This document shows, in pieces, positions 27,109-39,500 of a stretch of 64,000 bases of DNA (positions are counted from its first letter, which is position 1; every line of letters starts with the position of its first letter). Under the pieces are notes generated by a model. It worked only from the letters and a program-made list of their open reading frames with translations. It did not search any database and was not told the origin of the DNA. The stretch is from Podarcis liolepis. Its lineage: Eukaryota. A program made the translations under genes and the position numbers. Where the stretch lies: assembly GCA_965112155.1 (NCBI GenBank), contig OZ218103.1. One strand, 5' to 3'.

Positions 27109-27343
27109 CAGTGGTACCTCTGGTTACAAACTTAATTCATTCCAGAGGTCCGTTCTTAACCTGAAACCATTCTTAACCTGAAGTACCACTTTAGCTAAAG
27201 GGGCCTCCCGCCACCACACGATTTCTGTTCTCATCCTGAGGTAAAGTTCTTAACTGGAGGTACTACTTAACCGGAGGTACTTAACGGAGTCTGTAACCCG
27301 AAGTGTTTGTAACCCGAGGTGTTTGTAACCCAAGGTACCACTG
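27109..27343. mobile_element. Tc1/mariner (Tigger-like) MITE
   Basis: TIRs CAGTGGTACCTC..AAGGTACCACTG; TA TSD; same family as the copy at 17869. Confidence 0.85.
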
Positions 27344-28561
27344 TATGCACCTTGCCTACATGAAACAATTAGCATTAATTGCTGAGCCAACTGACTTTAA
27401 ACATTTAAAAATGTTCAAGAGAAAAACAAATTAAACTAGAACAGACCACAGCACTCAAGGGCAAGCAGTCTTATTTGTCGCCATCTTCACTCAGAAGTCA
27501 AAGTGTGAAATCACTTCTTTTGTTCAAAGCACATGAGCTGTCACCTGACCAGAGGGGGCAGGGAACCCAAACCAGACTAGCCTGGTCTGCTTTCTTTAAA
27601 AGCATCTTGCTCTGTGGAAATCAACAGAAGAAAGATAAGCTGGCTCTCATTTTCAGTGTGGCTAAGCCAGGATTTCACATTGTGAAAGGCATTGTATTTG
27701 ACACTTGGTTTTGTGTGTGTGTGTGTTTTGTCAAACCCTGTTTACTGTTACCAGTGACACCCATAACACATCAACCCCTCAACCAGAGGTAGCTTAGACT
27801 TGTGTACATATGTGGTGCCTGTCAAAATGAAATAGAATGGAAAGATAGCAGTGTGGCAGCAGAAACCATTACTTAAAGACCCCACCAGCTTTCCTGATGG
27901 ACTTAGCTCTGGTGCAGGCAAATTGTAGTGATCTGTAGGCACATTTAGAGATTTGTGGCTACTTCCCAGCCATCTGGGTTAGGCTTTTCTAAATGAGAAT
28001 GAAATTCCTTTCCCATTGATGCTGTCCGTATTCCTGATGAAATTTATCAGCCATAGACTAAAAAAAATAGCAACATATTAGAATATTAGAACAGAAAAAT
28101 AGTTGGTATATCCCGAGTGAGAGTAGAACACCACCTGGTGGATAGATAATGTCATATCTAAGATCATTGCAATTACCTCCTATCTCATTTAATCCTTCCA
28201 TTTGCTGTACAGTTTCTCTTTAAGGTAATGTTAATATCATTTGACAATAAACTAGCAGGATAAAAACTCCTTTGCGGGAGTAAGGAATGCTGGCATTTCT
28301 TGGCAAGAGCCTATTATCGACTAACTCTGCTCTGGCTCTTCTCTAGAATGTGGTTGCCAACTCTTTCTGGCAGGGCTCCTATGCCATTAATATATGCATA
28401 AAAAGCAGGAATTCAACAGGTAAAGCTTTTTTTAGCATGCAGGTGCAGTGATAGAGAGTGAAAAGTTGCCACATCCTTGCCCAAAGGTTGTGCTCATAAT
28501 TTTTATTGTGTGTACTCTGAGGAAGGGGGTGGAAGGCAACAGCACCCCTCTTCTGTACACA

Positions 28562-28915
28562 GCGGGTGGCGCTGTGGTCTAAACCACTGAGCCTCTTGGG
28601 CTCACCAAGTGGAAGGTCGGCGGTTCGAATCCATGTGACAGGGTGAGCTCCCATTGCTCTGTCCCAGCTTCTGCCAACCTAGCAGTTCAAAAGCATACTA
28701 GTGCAAGTAAATAAACGGGTACCACTGTGGCAGGAAGGTAAACAGTGTTTCTGTGCACTCTGGTCAAAAGTGGTTTAGTCATGCTGGCCACATGACACGG
28801 GAAGCTGTCTGTGGACAAATGCTGGCTCCCTCTGTCTGAAAAGCGAGATGAGCACCGCACCCCATAGTCACCTTTGACTGGTCTTAATTGTCCACGGGTC
28901 CTTGACCTTGACCTT
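28562..28915 (+). mobile_element. Near full-length Sauria SINE
   Basis: tRNA-like head GCGGGTGGCGCTGTGGTCTAAACC..GGTTCGAATCC, body as in the other copies, CCTTGACCTTGACC tail. Confidence 0.88.
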
Positions 28916-29462
28916 ATACACATAATCTGCATAAACCCTCTGGGTGGTGTGCTGCTATTCCACTCATGTAGCAGACATGCATTTGCACAACAGAACAACC
29001 CTCTCTTCCTCTCTGCACCCCCTATTCACCCTTCCAAATCTACTCCAGAACACTGAGGGACCCTGCAGAGCAGATTTGAGCCCCACTACAGAAACATAAC
29101 TCTGCTCACAGTGGCAGATAAAAACTGGGAGACAAGACATGGGCGAGGGAGGATGGTGGTCATGTGCTCTACTTCTTTTTTGAAAGACTTTTACTCCTTC
29201 AATTCTGTTTTAAAGAGCCATGAGAAGGACTCCTGAGAAGTCCTTGAAGTTGCCCATCAACATTAACACCTGAACAAGAGACTGAGCAGGCACACAGGTC
29301 ACTTGGTCGCAGTCTTCCCCTCCATGGTGAGATTTCTGTTTCAATTCTGTTTCTAAGCTTGCCTCTATAAACCTATGCAAATTTCACATAAATATCTGTC
29401 CTCTTTTTTGCATTTCCTCTTTTCCACTGATGCATACATGGCCACTCTATTCTTTATTCATA

Positions 29463-29466
<4 letters not shown>

Positions 29467-29546
<80 letters not shown>
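29467..29546. repeat. Compound (TA)n(CA)n microsatellite
   Basis: Directly visible. Confidence 0.95.
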
Positions 29547-29548
<2 letters not shown>

Positions 29549-32500
29549 CCTATTTTGCTTTTTAAAACCACACCCTTTGCCACCCTTATTTCTATATTGT
29601 GAGGGTCAGGTGGTGGTTCCCGATTAAACACACAGAACTGCAGCCACTACAGCTAGACCGGTCCAGACTGTCAGCTGCTGATTGATTGTGAACCTTCATC
29701 ACTGCAGGTATGTTTCATAAAAAGTCCAGCTGACTGCCTTGTTTCACAGCTGATAAAGACATAGGAAGTACCACAGAAAGAGTTGTCGACCCTGCTTGGA
29801 GCCAGTTGATTTTGAATGCCAAAGTTTGACCCACATTCGAGGATGACGCTACATGTTAACACAGGCTAGATCTCCCCAAGTTTTTATTTTCACTTAAAAG
29901 CAGTTGCAGGAGGAAAGGACTGAGTGGTCCATAGCTCAGTGGCAGAGCACCTGTTTTGTCTTCAAAAAGTCTGAGATTTAATCTCTGGCATCTTCAACCC
30001 TGGTAGGATAGGGAAAGATCCCTGTCTGAAACTCTGGAGAGCTTTTGCCCATCAGTATAAATACTACTGATCTAGATGAACCAATGGTCTGCCATGGTGT
30101 AGGGCAGCTTCCTATGATGAGAGCAGGAAGGGTCTTAACCCTTTCCAGCAACACCATTTCCCCCTATCTGAATGTCTCCCCTCACTCCTTAGGCTGCTAT
30201 TTGCCTGGCAGGGAATCTACATAGGTTCAAAAGTGGCAAATAGCAACTGGGGGTGGGATTTAGATCAGGAAAGTGGCACTGGGGAAAATGTTCACCGCTC
30301 TTCCCCACTCCACTGCTCTCATGCAGTTCAGACCACCACCACCCCATGCCCTGCAGCTGTTTTTCTAGCCTGCAAAACACTGAGAGAGCTTATCTCCTCC
30401 TACATAATGTGTGCAGTTTGACCCTAAGCAGGAAATGTGGATTGGACAACTGCTGATAAGTCAGGATTCTTTATCGCGTGGGTCATGTTAATAATAATAA
30501 ATCTGGCCTCTAGCACGGTTTGCACTGATAGATCCTGAAGCTTAGAGACGTGAGATTCTAAAAATAACAAGTCTACTTCCAAGCCCTCCACCCCCTTCTT
30601 TCTGAGCCTTCCTTAACCTTGCACACCCTTGGTTAAGACAGAAATCTATTCTTGCCTCACCTCGGGCCTTGTGAAAAATAGCATTACTGTCATATGTATA
30701 TAAATGGCTTTATTTGCTGCTGTGTTTCATGCTGTAAAGTATTTGTTTTCACAACTGCCATCACTTTTAGCAACAAAAATGAGGCTATGAGCTTGCAACC
30801 ATTGCATCATCCAGCAGCTACATTTTAAAGTCCCGTTGATTTCAGTGGAAGAGATTTGTAATGGAAGCTATTTTAGGCACACTTTTACCATTCCTGTTGA
30901 ACTAAATGAGACTTTAACTAAGCAATCCTATACACCATTTTGGGGGGCAGGGAGATGCTGCTGCTACACCTACACAAACAGTTGTGAAAGCCCACTCTTG
31001 CCCAGTTCAGGAGCAGGTGAGACCACACAAAGTCCTGTCATAACCAACACTTCAGCACGGTGATATAAGCTGGGTGGCTGGCAGGTTGGAGAGGATTTCA
31101 TGGTTTTTTGGTGTTTTTCCTGCCTTGCATAAGCAGAAGTGTTTTCTATTACCACAAAACTGCCATTGAATTCAACCTAATAGTTATTAGACCTGCACAG
31201 TCCAGCTCAATCTGATCCAAACCGTCTTTTAACATAGTCACTACCAGGGGCCTTGGTCACTTCACATGCATATTTTCCCAGTGAGCTACTGTAACAATCC
31301 CAGCAACTCAGGTTTCTTTTGTACCAACCTCGGTGCAACATGGGATCTGTCTTGCTGTGCTGAAATCAACAGCAACTTCTCCATGGAGCTGTATGTACTT
31401 CACCACTTTCCTTTGGGGGACATCACTGATGATTCCACGCAGGCCCTCAATGAGCCGCTCTCCAGTACTGAGGGTGCTGATCGGGTTGCCAGCTGGCCAG
31501 ATAAAACAGCTTTGCTTGCTCGTGTGCTTTTGACAGCCACTTGATCTGCAGAAATCAGCAGGGAAGGCTTTCATTGGGGGAAAGAAATCAATAGTACCTG
31601 CTGCTATCTGCACATCAAACTGCTCTCAAAGGAGGGGTGGGGAACCTGTGGCCCTGTGGATGTTGTTGGACTCCAACTTCCTTCAGCCCCAGCCATCATA
31701 GTTACCAGTAATGCCGAGGGCTGGTGGGAGTTGGGCCATAGGTGGCCCATCCCTGTGTTAGGGAGACAACAGCCCATCAAAGAAGTTGGCAAACTTAAAA
31801 GCTGAATCTCGGGGATCTGTGATTCCAATTATGAAATTGTCATCTACTGAGCCTGTTGTTGGCCAATGCCTGGGTCATCATCATATTACCAAAACTGAGA
31901 ATTTTGTTTAACATCTAAGCACCGGCTGCGCTCAGAACAACAAACAGTGGTGCAAAACACTACTGCTGCTTGATTGTCTGCCAGCAATGCACTCAGTTAA
32001 CCTGCCTCCCTTCTTATCCTTGTTGACAAGATTAATATTGGGCATTTTGTCTGAAATGGAGCCTCAGTTCAGGCCCATTTATCCTCTTTCCCATTAGCAA
32101 GACATTCTGTGAGCTCTTTATCAGGAGCTGGCAGATGGGGGCTGTATTTATCATGGCTGCCCAGAAACTCAGTCAGCTTTGGGGGAAATAGCAGGGCCTG
32201 TCAGATTCGGCCTAACTACAGGTGTGCTCGGTGTCTTCTCCTAGAAAAGTAAAATGCACACACATGCAAAAAAGAAAAGAAAGCCCCATAGTGGTACTTG
32301 AGTCAACCAAGCACCCAAAGCCAAACATTTGGTGAGTAGGCTGAACAAATGATCAGTGGGAGAGAGCAACTGGCACTGAGCCTGACTTGGGGTGGGGTGT
32401 TAGGCTCTTCCCAACGCAGCAAGCATAGGGCTGGCAACACCCCTTGCGCAGTGGTTCCCAAGCACCCAACATCCCCTCCATCAACCATGTGATGTCATAA

Positions 32501-33508
32501 TGACACCATGCAACTGACAGATGAGTTGTCTCAAATTCCATCCACCTGTCAAAGTTAACCTGTCCTGCTCGAAGCCAAACAGTTCCCCCACCTCTTTGTA
32601 AGAGGGTAGGACAGTGGGCCTGAACCCCAGTTATACATATTATGTGTGTGTGTGTGTATATACTAAAGCAAAGTACTAATCATCTTAATTTGCCCGGTAG
32701 TGTCTAAACATATAAATTAACATGTGAATGTTATTTTTTTTTTAAATGTGTCTTGGGCCTGTGCCCCAAGTCCTTTAAGTAGCTACTAGCAATGCCCCTG
32801 GAGCCAGGGCTCGATCCCTGGAGTGAAGAGGAGCCCAAGGTTGTGCATGCAGCGGAGTGAGATGGCAGAGTAGACTGTGCAGCATGAGTGCAGAATTGCC
32901 CCTCTTCTGTCTGGGTAGGTGCCTTATTCCGTTCCCTTCTTGGGTGGAAATCCCATGGCCCTATCATCTCAATTTTTAGGAAGCAACTAACTGCATTCCC
33001 TCCCCACTTCTTACTTATTTAGGAATACAGCAGCTGATGCCCAACATAGGCATCACATATCAAACACCTACACAAGTTAGATAAATATATATATGCATAC
33101 ACCCCTGCGTTGTTATTATTTTTGCACCCAATAACTTAACAATGCCAAAAATGATACCTTTTGAGACAAATAAACTGGCATGCAATGTATTCTTTTAAAG
33201 GTACTTGCTGATTTCCCCACCCGTACCCCAAACTTTCCTCCCCTGAGCGTGCATCTCTCTGTGTGTACATATAATTTATGGAACTGAATGTGCAGCTGGC
33301 TTTTTTTCTGACTCACCAAGAGAGGTGGGGCAGGAAGCTATTCGGAATAAAAGGATACAGCACAGCTCCTGCTTTGTCTCTGCCTGTGTCTACATGTGAA
33401 GAGCAGTAAGGAAACTGATAGGAATGAAACATGTTGTTGGAGGGGTAGACTACTCCTGCAAAGGGAGGCTCTGTTGATAAACTTATGCTGCAAAGAAAGA
33501 AATGTGAG

Positions 33509-33511
<3 letters not shown>

Positions 33512-33559
<48 letters not shown>
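33512..33559. repeat. (TG)n microsatellite
   Basis: Directly visible. Confidence 0.95.
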
Positions 33560-33560
<1 letters not shown>

Positions 33561-36509
33561 TGCCAGTTATGTACACACACATGCACAGGAAACAGCTGAA
33601 AATAAATAAATGAATGGGTAAGAGTCTTGCATGGAGTCCATAGGCTTCCCATGAAAAGGATTTGAGTCCTGTAGTTGAAGCAATGTCTCCAGGGAGACAA
33701 ACTTCCATTAATACTGCCTATGTACAACACATATGCACTGCTGTCTCTGCAATGTCAATCTGCATTTTGCAGCGGAGAACAGGCATGGGCAGCCCCAACA
33801 CTGTGGTTGTCCTGCGTACGGAGAGACAACAGAATTAACTTCATCCATTCCGTTCACAAAGGGCAATCTTCCGCAGTGAACTATGTACCAAACCAAGGTC
33901 AGACTTGAATGGTCACAGCCACAAGATGTCACTATTGCCTTACCTGTGTGCCTCCACTTGGGCTTGAAGCAAAATTACCTGCTTGGTGGGCTTCATCCTA
34001 TGCCACCCCAGGGCCATTTTGAAGTAGTATTTGGAACCAGGTGGGCAGGCCCATTGGGACACCTTAGCATTCAAAAACAGCCGTCTTCCCAAGCTATGGT
34101 AATTCTGAATTGGGCTTTATTCAACCCACACTAAAGGAAAGAGCAGTTTAAATTTGTCGTGGATGTAACATTGAAAACAGCCTCTCTGAAGTGATTGCTC
34201 CCCATCCAAGCCAACCATATCTTTCAGATGTACAGCTTATAAGTATTGAAGCTGTCACATTGTGAGTCTCCCCCACTGTCCATCGTGGCCACAAGACAGA
34301 TCTTTTGCATCAGCCTTTAGAAAACAGAACTGACTTGTGTTAGCTTGATATTGATGGCATGGATTATTATTTTTAAACTTGTTCCCTAATGGAAAGCACT
34401 AATGAGTCCTTGCTTTGAAACATTAATATGTTTTAAATTAATAATCTCTTGCCGCAATGGATTGCACAATTGCTTTCATTTCATTTTCAAATGATCTAAG
34501 GCAGGGGTGGAAACCTGTGGGCCATTTATTACCCCCCCCTCCCCCAGTAGTTTTTTTACCTCCAAGATTCCCAACCCCAAATGACTTCCTCCAAAGAATT
34601 CTAGAAACTGTAGTTTACGCCTCACAGCGCTACAATTCGCAGCACCCTTGAACTACGGTTCCCAGGACTCTTTTGGGGAGGAAGGAGAGGGATGCGCTTC
34701 AAATTATTGCTACCATAAAAATAAAAAAAATATTGTTGCCAACAAAAGGTCCAAGGGGCAGGAGACCTCCAAGGTGCCCTGGAGATAATTTCTGGGTTAA
34801 GACAGTGAGCCCCACAAAAAACTCTGGGGCACACTTTTGAGCAATCTGGTTAGCAATGATACAAGTGTAAAAAGAGTACTCTTAAAACTCCAGTTCACGT
34901 GTACGTATCTACCTTCAACGTGACTTTTCTCATTTGTAAGCACCCAATGGGTAACGCCTTAACTGCCTGGAGTGTGTGCACCATTAATGCCAAGTACCAT
35001 TCAGTCGAGTAGCATTTCAGATTGCTTGATGCATTCACTTGAAGATGTCTTCATGTCACTTGATGAGGAGTACAGTATCTCTCCATCTTGAGGCTTGGCA
35101 TTTTCTCTTGATTTGCTTTGCCGGTGCCTGAAATTGATTACCTCAGCTAAACCCACATACGTCCCAGTACATAATGTGCAAGGTTTTGAACTCCTTTGAT
35201 CTGAGATTATGTTTTATATCAACCAATATAAAATGGAACTGCTTTGTTTATGCTGAACAAATATGAAAACATAGGGATGAGCCCGGAGAGCATACCCAGA
35301 TCATAGTGAAAACTAGTAACAGGGGAGCTAGAATGATAACAGGTATTTGCTAAGGAATACAAGTGGGGAGGAGATACCTAGAGTTGGGGTTACAAGGCTC
35401 TGGGAAATCACAAAACAGTGGGGAAACAGTGGCAATTTTCAGGCTTTGCTTCTGTTTTGTATTTTGCATTGTAACAGATTTCTTCTGCGTGTGACCTACA
35501 GAAAATGAATTGACTTGACATCTGCTTAATCAGATTGCATTGAGTAGCTGCATTTGACTTTAAGCCAATTTACCCATTCCATGGGAGCTGTAAATATCTG
35601 AAAACTTGTGGGCACTCTGAGATGTTCTTATAAGACGTAGAAACCCCACCACACAGTTGAACAGTTGTAAAAGTTAGAACCGTGGCTGCTCTCCCTATAG
35701 GCAGGCAATCCCCAATCATAAATCTGTTATTTAACTACAGGACGGAATGACAAGGGAAAGGCTCTAGAATATTTCAGAGAGTGCTCTTCCACCTATGAGC
35801 TCCCTCACCTATTAAGATGATCAGGAAAGCCCTCCCGCCCCCCGCCCCCGTATCCAATGCTCAACAGAACTGCTGTGCAATGGAGCAGGGCCTTCTCAGT
35901 AGTGGCCCTGAGGCTTTTGAATTGTCTCCAAATTCACCTCCATAAATAATAAAGGAGCCGTGTATCTGTTCAGGCCTTTGGTAGCTAGGAGGAGAGGAGT
36001 TTGAGTCTGCTGTTTTTGACGTTTCAGTCAAAATGAACTGGCTTGGTTTTTCAACTTCCATTCATAAAGGTCAGCCCACAGTGCTGCCACCACATATTGA
36101 CATCTTCTCGGTTGGGTAATAGCCAGAAGCATAAAACAATCACTGCAGGATTTGCTGCTTCATTTGTGGTGCTGTTAGGTTAGAGCCTTCAGCCGCTTCA
36201 CTGCAGTTGCTTGCCCAGTCTGAGCATAACCCTCCATGCCCTCTAGAAATTAAAGATTAGCTCAGTGTCCTTTCAGGCCGCTCGCTTCCAACACTGGTTT
36301 TGTTAGGAGACTGGGGTGCAGTGTGTTATGGCTAGGGATGAAGAAGTTTTCAGTTCTCCCATGATCTTCTAGATGCAGAACCCAACTCAAGAAAATAGGA
36401 GGCCTTGTAGGGCCCAGACCTTGAGGAAGGGAACAAGTGGTTAGTATTCTCAGCAACCTTTAAGAACATGTGAAGCAGGTCTGTTTGTTGGACATGAATT
36501 TACTGGGAG

Positions 36510-39500
36510 TCATGTACTTTCAAAATCTGAGACAGGTGAGGATGATGGGAACACAACATTTTCAATAACAGGCTGCTCTTCTAGCTCAAAAAGGGGTGGC
36601 AAAATAGCCCCACCTGGCTCTTCCTCTGGATTGGGAGGAGTTGGAAACATGACACCTTCTTGGTCAGGATTCTCCAAAGTGGGAGAAGGCAACAGGGGAG
36701 AGTCATCTTTGTCAGGATTCTCCAAAGTGATAGAAGGCAACAAGGGGGGGTCATCTTTTTCAGCATTCTCCAAAGTGGGAGAAGGCAACAGGGGAGAGTC
36801 ATCTTTGTCAGGATTCTCCAAAGTGATAGAAGGCAACAGGGGAGAGTCATCTTTTGGGGAGTCCGGAACAGCAAGGACTGTGACTTCTTTTTCCTGCTTG
36901 GTCTCGCCATCACCTTTAGGAAAAGAATCCTGTTTCTTCTTCCTTCTACGACGGAAGTACCAGCAGCAGCTGCACAGAGACAGGGAATCTTTATTACCAT
37001 AAGGCATGTGGATCTTAGTAGGCACCCCTCCCATACAGCTCTGGTTGCCCAGAACCCCATGAGCAAAATACAGGGAGGGACACATATAAGGAATATGGAA
37101 GCCAGATTCATAGGAAAGTGGTAACATCCCCCTTGCCCAAGAACTCTGTTGGGTTAGGGCAGGGGTAGTCAACCGAAGGCCCGTGGGCCGGGTGCAGCCC
37201 AATCGCCTTCTCAATCCGGCCCGCGGACAGTCTGGGAATCAGCGTGTTTTCACATGAGTAGAATGTGTCCTTTTATTTAAAATGCATCTCTGGGTTATTT
37301 GTGGGGCCTGCCTGGTGTTTTTACATGAGTGGAGTGTGTGCTTTTATTTAAAATGCATCTCTGGGTTTTTTGTGGGGCATAGGATTTCATTCATTATTAT
37401 TTTTTTCAAAATATAGTCCGGCCAACCACATGGTCTGAGGGACGGTGGACCGGCCCATGGCTGAAAAAGGTTGCTGACCCCTGGGTTAGGGTATGCTGGT
37501 TGGGGTATCTTGGCCAGGATCAGGTGGTGGTTACTGAAAAGTGATAATAATCAAATTGTAGAAAGGCATGTGGGGAAACTATGCAAGGGGGCTGTATTCA
37601 GAGGAAGGGCAAAGGTGGAATGAAAGCAATACCTGTTTGGTGCACTCTAGTCCCAGAAGCCAGGAAAGTAGAGAGCTGGTGGTGCAGGTATATGATCCCA
37701 TAGTGGAGGCATTCCCTAGGCACCCCCACCCCCAATTATCTGTGATAACTGGTTGCACAGCCACTGTCATTTCTTGGGACCCTGCCCTCACTTAATGACC
37801 AGCCACACATCTCTTTGGCCCACCAAATTTTACAGAAGTGGGCTTAGACAGGAAAGAAGAAAACCCAGAACTCACAGCACAATGATACAGAGGCAAGTAA
37901 GCAGCAGGACGACAAAGATCACCAACAGAGCAGGAAACCCATGTGTTGGAGGGACTGCGTGGAAAGAGACACAGATCACTCAAGAGTGCCAGTTCTCCTC
38001 AGCACCCAGAGCCAAGCTGCCTATCCAGCAGTAGCACCTGCCTCTATTAAGTTAAACAGGAGGGGAGCTTAAGTATCACAGTGGAAAGAAAGGCCAAAGG
38101 GAAATAGGCAGCCAGTATAAACAAACACTGTTTGGACCAAATTCACACATGCGCAGAACTGTTCCCTCACTAGATGCTCGTATATATGGTTGCAGTCTAG
38201 GAGCGCTGTTTCTTAGGTACCTAAGAACACAAGAAAAGCCTTGCTAGATCAGGCCAAAGGACCACCTCCTTCAGCATCTTGCTCTCACTGAGGTCTGCAG
38301 GAAGCCTGCAAGCAGGACATGAGTGCAACAGCCAATAGTGGAGGTGGAACATAGCCATCTGAAGATAAATCTGTCTTTGGATTTAACATACAGGTTTGAG
38401 GGGGCATTAAGTATACAGAGCATCACCTTAGGGAAGATGGATAATTAACACGATCACAGGAGGTGAAATTTAACTCTCCTGTTGTGAGTCTTGTGGTAAG
38501 AATTTACTTCTACATCACTTTGTCTGTTACCCAGGTGAGGGGCCACCTTTTAAATAAAACACAGAACCAAGGAAACTAATTCAAGTCCAGCATCCAGGAC
38601 TGAAGTAAATCCCTCCTCTGGAGCTAGTATTTCCATTGGGAAGAAATTCCCCTTTGCAGCAAATCTTCCCAACTTCAGAGGAGGGATTTTTCTCAGGACT
38701 ATGGCAAGGAAAGTGTTAAAATCCCCCCCTTCACCCCCTACAATCATGATACTTATCAGCCCCAGCCACACAGCTGATGCTATGTGCATTTTTTAAAACC
38801 TTGAACATATTTTACGTTGCATCTAGCTTGACTCTCAGCATGCTAAATCCAAGAACCAGTGCTGGAAAATCCAGAGAGGTCTCTCAGGAAGCCCTTCCTC
38901 ATGTCTCCCACCTGATACATACCTTCTGGGCTGATGCATTCCGCAGCTGTTCTGGCAGCAGGGTGCAAGGTTGACCCGTTGTGGTAGCACTGAATGCACA
39001 CAGTTGCCCCATAGCGCAGGCTGTATGTTCCAATTGGGCAGGGAACACAATTTCCAGCTGCAGACACACTATATGTTCCAGGAGGGCACGCAGCTGTCAA
39101 GCAAAATGGCAGATAAAGGCATGGAGGGGGGAGCGAAAGGAGCAGAGCCTGAAATATAGACAGCACACAGGTTTCATTCCTCCATCAGCTAAGCTGGAGG
39201 GGTGGGGAGGGATTAGGGAAAGAGGGATTTCAAAGCTGGCCGCATACCATGTGAGCCCTACCCAAGGGGCATCGTTTTTCAATTGTGCTCCTCAAAGGAG
39301 TTGTGGAGAAGGTGTCTCTTCCTGGAGTCGAGGGAGTCATGCTTAGCGCAATGTGTTAAACAGGTGGACAAAATAGCTCTGACTGGATGGAATTACAGAT
39401 CGGATCCAAGGGCTGTGTACACATCATGCATTTAAAGCATATGACTTCCCCCCAAAAATATTGGGAAGTGTAGTTTGTTAAGGTTGCTGAGAAATATAGC

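Larger units (their letters stand above)
22921..36061 (-). pseudogene. Possible decayed multi-exon gene of unknown identity
   Basis: Several exon-like segments on - (36061-35861, 35127-34913, 31545-31329, 31077-30970, ~29848-29600, ~27050-25660, ~23440-22921), most starting at an AG acceptor and several ending at a GT donor. One is a clean 72-codon exon; others carry stops, frameshifts or a Bov-B insertion. No homolog recognised. Confidence 0.25.

Noticed and set aside
36970-37214. First ~80 aa of the 234-aa ORF 36510-37214
   Set aside because: Intronic and partly inside a hAT element; the real exon starts at the acceptor at 36969.
37152-37491. GGGTTAGGG telomere-like words
   Set aside because: They are the 8-bp target-site duplication of a hAT element, not an interstitial telomeric array.
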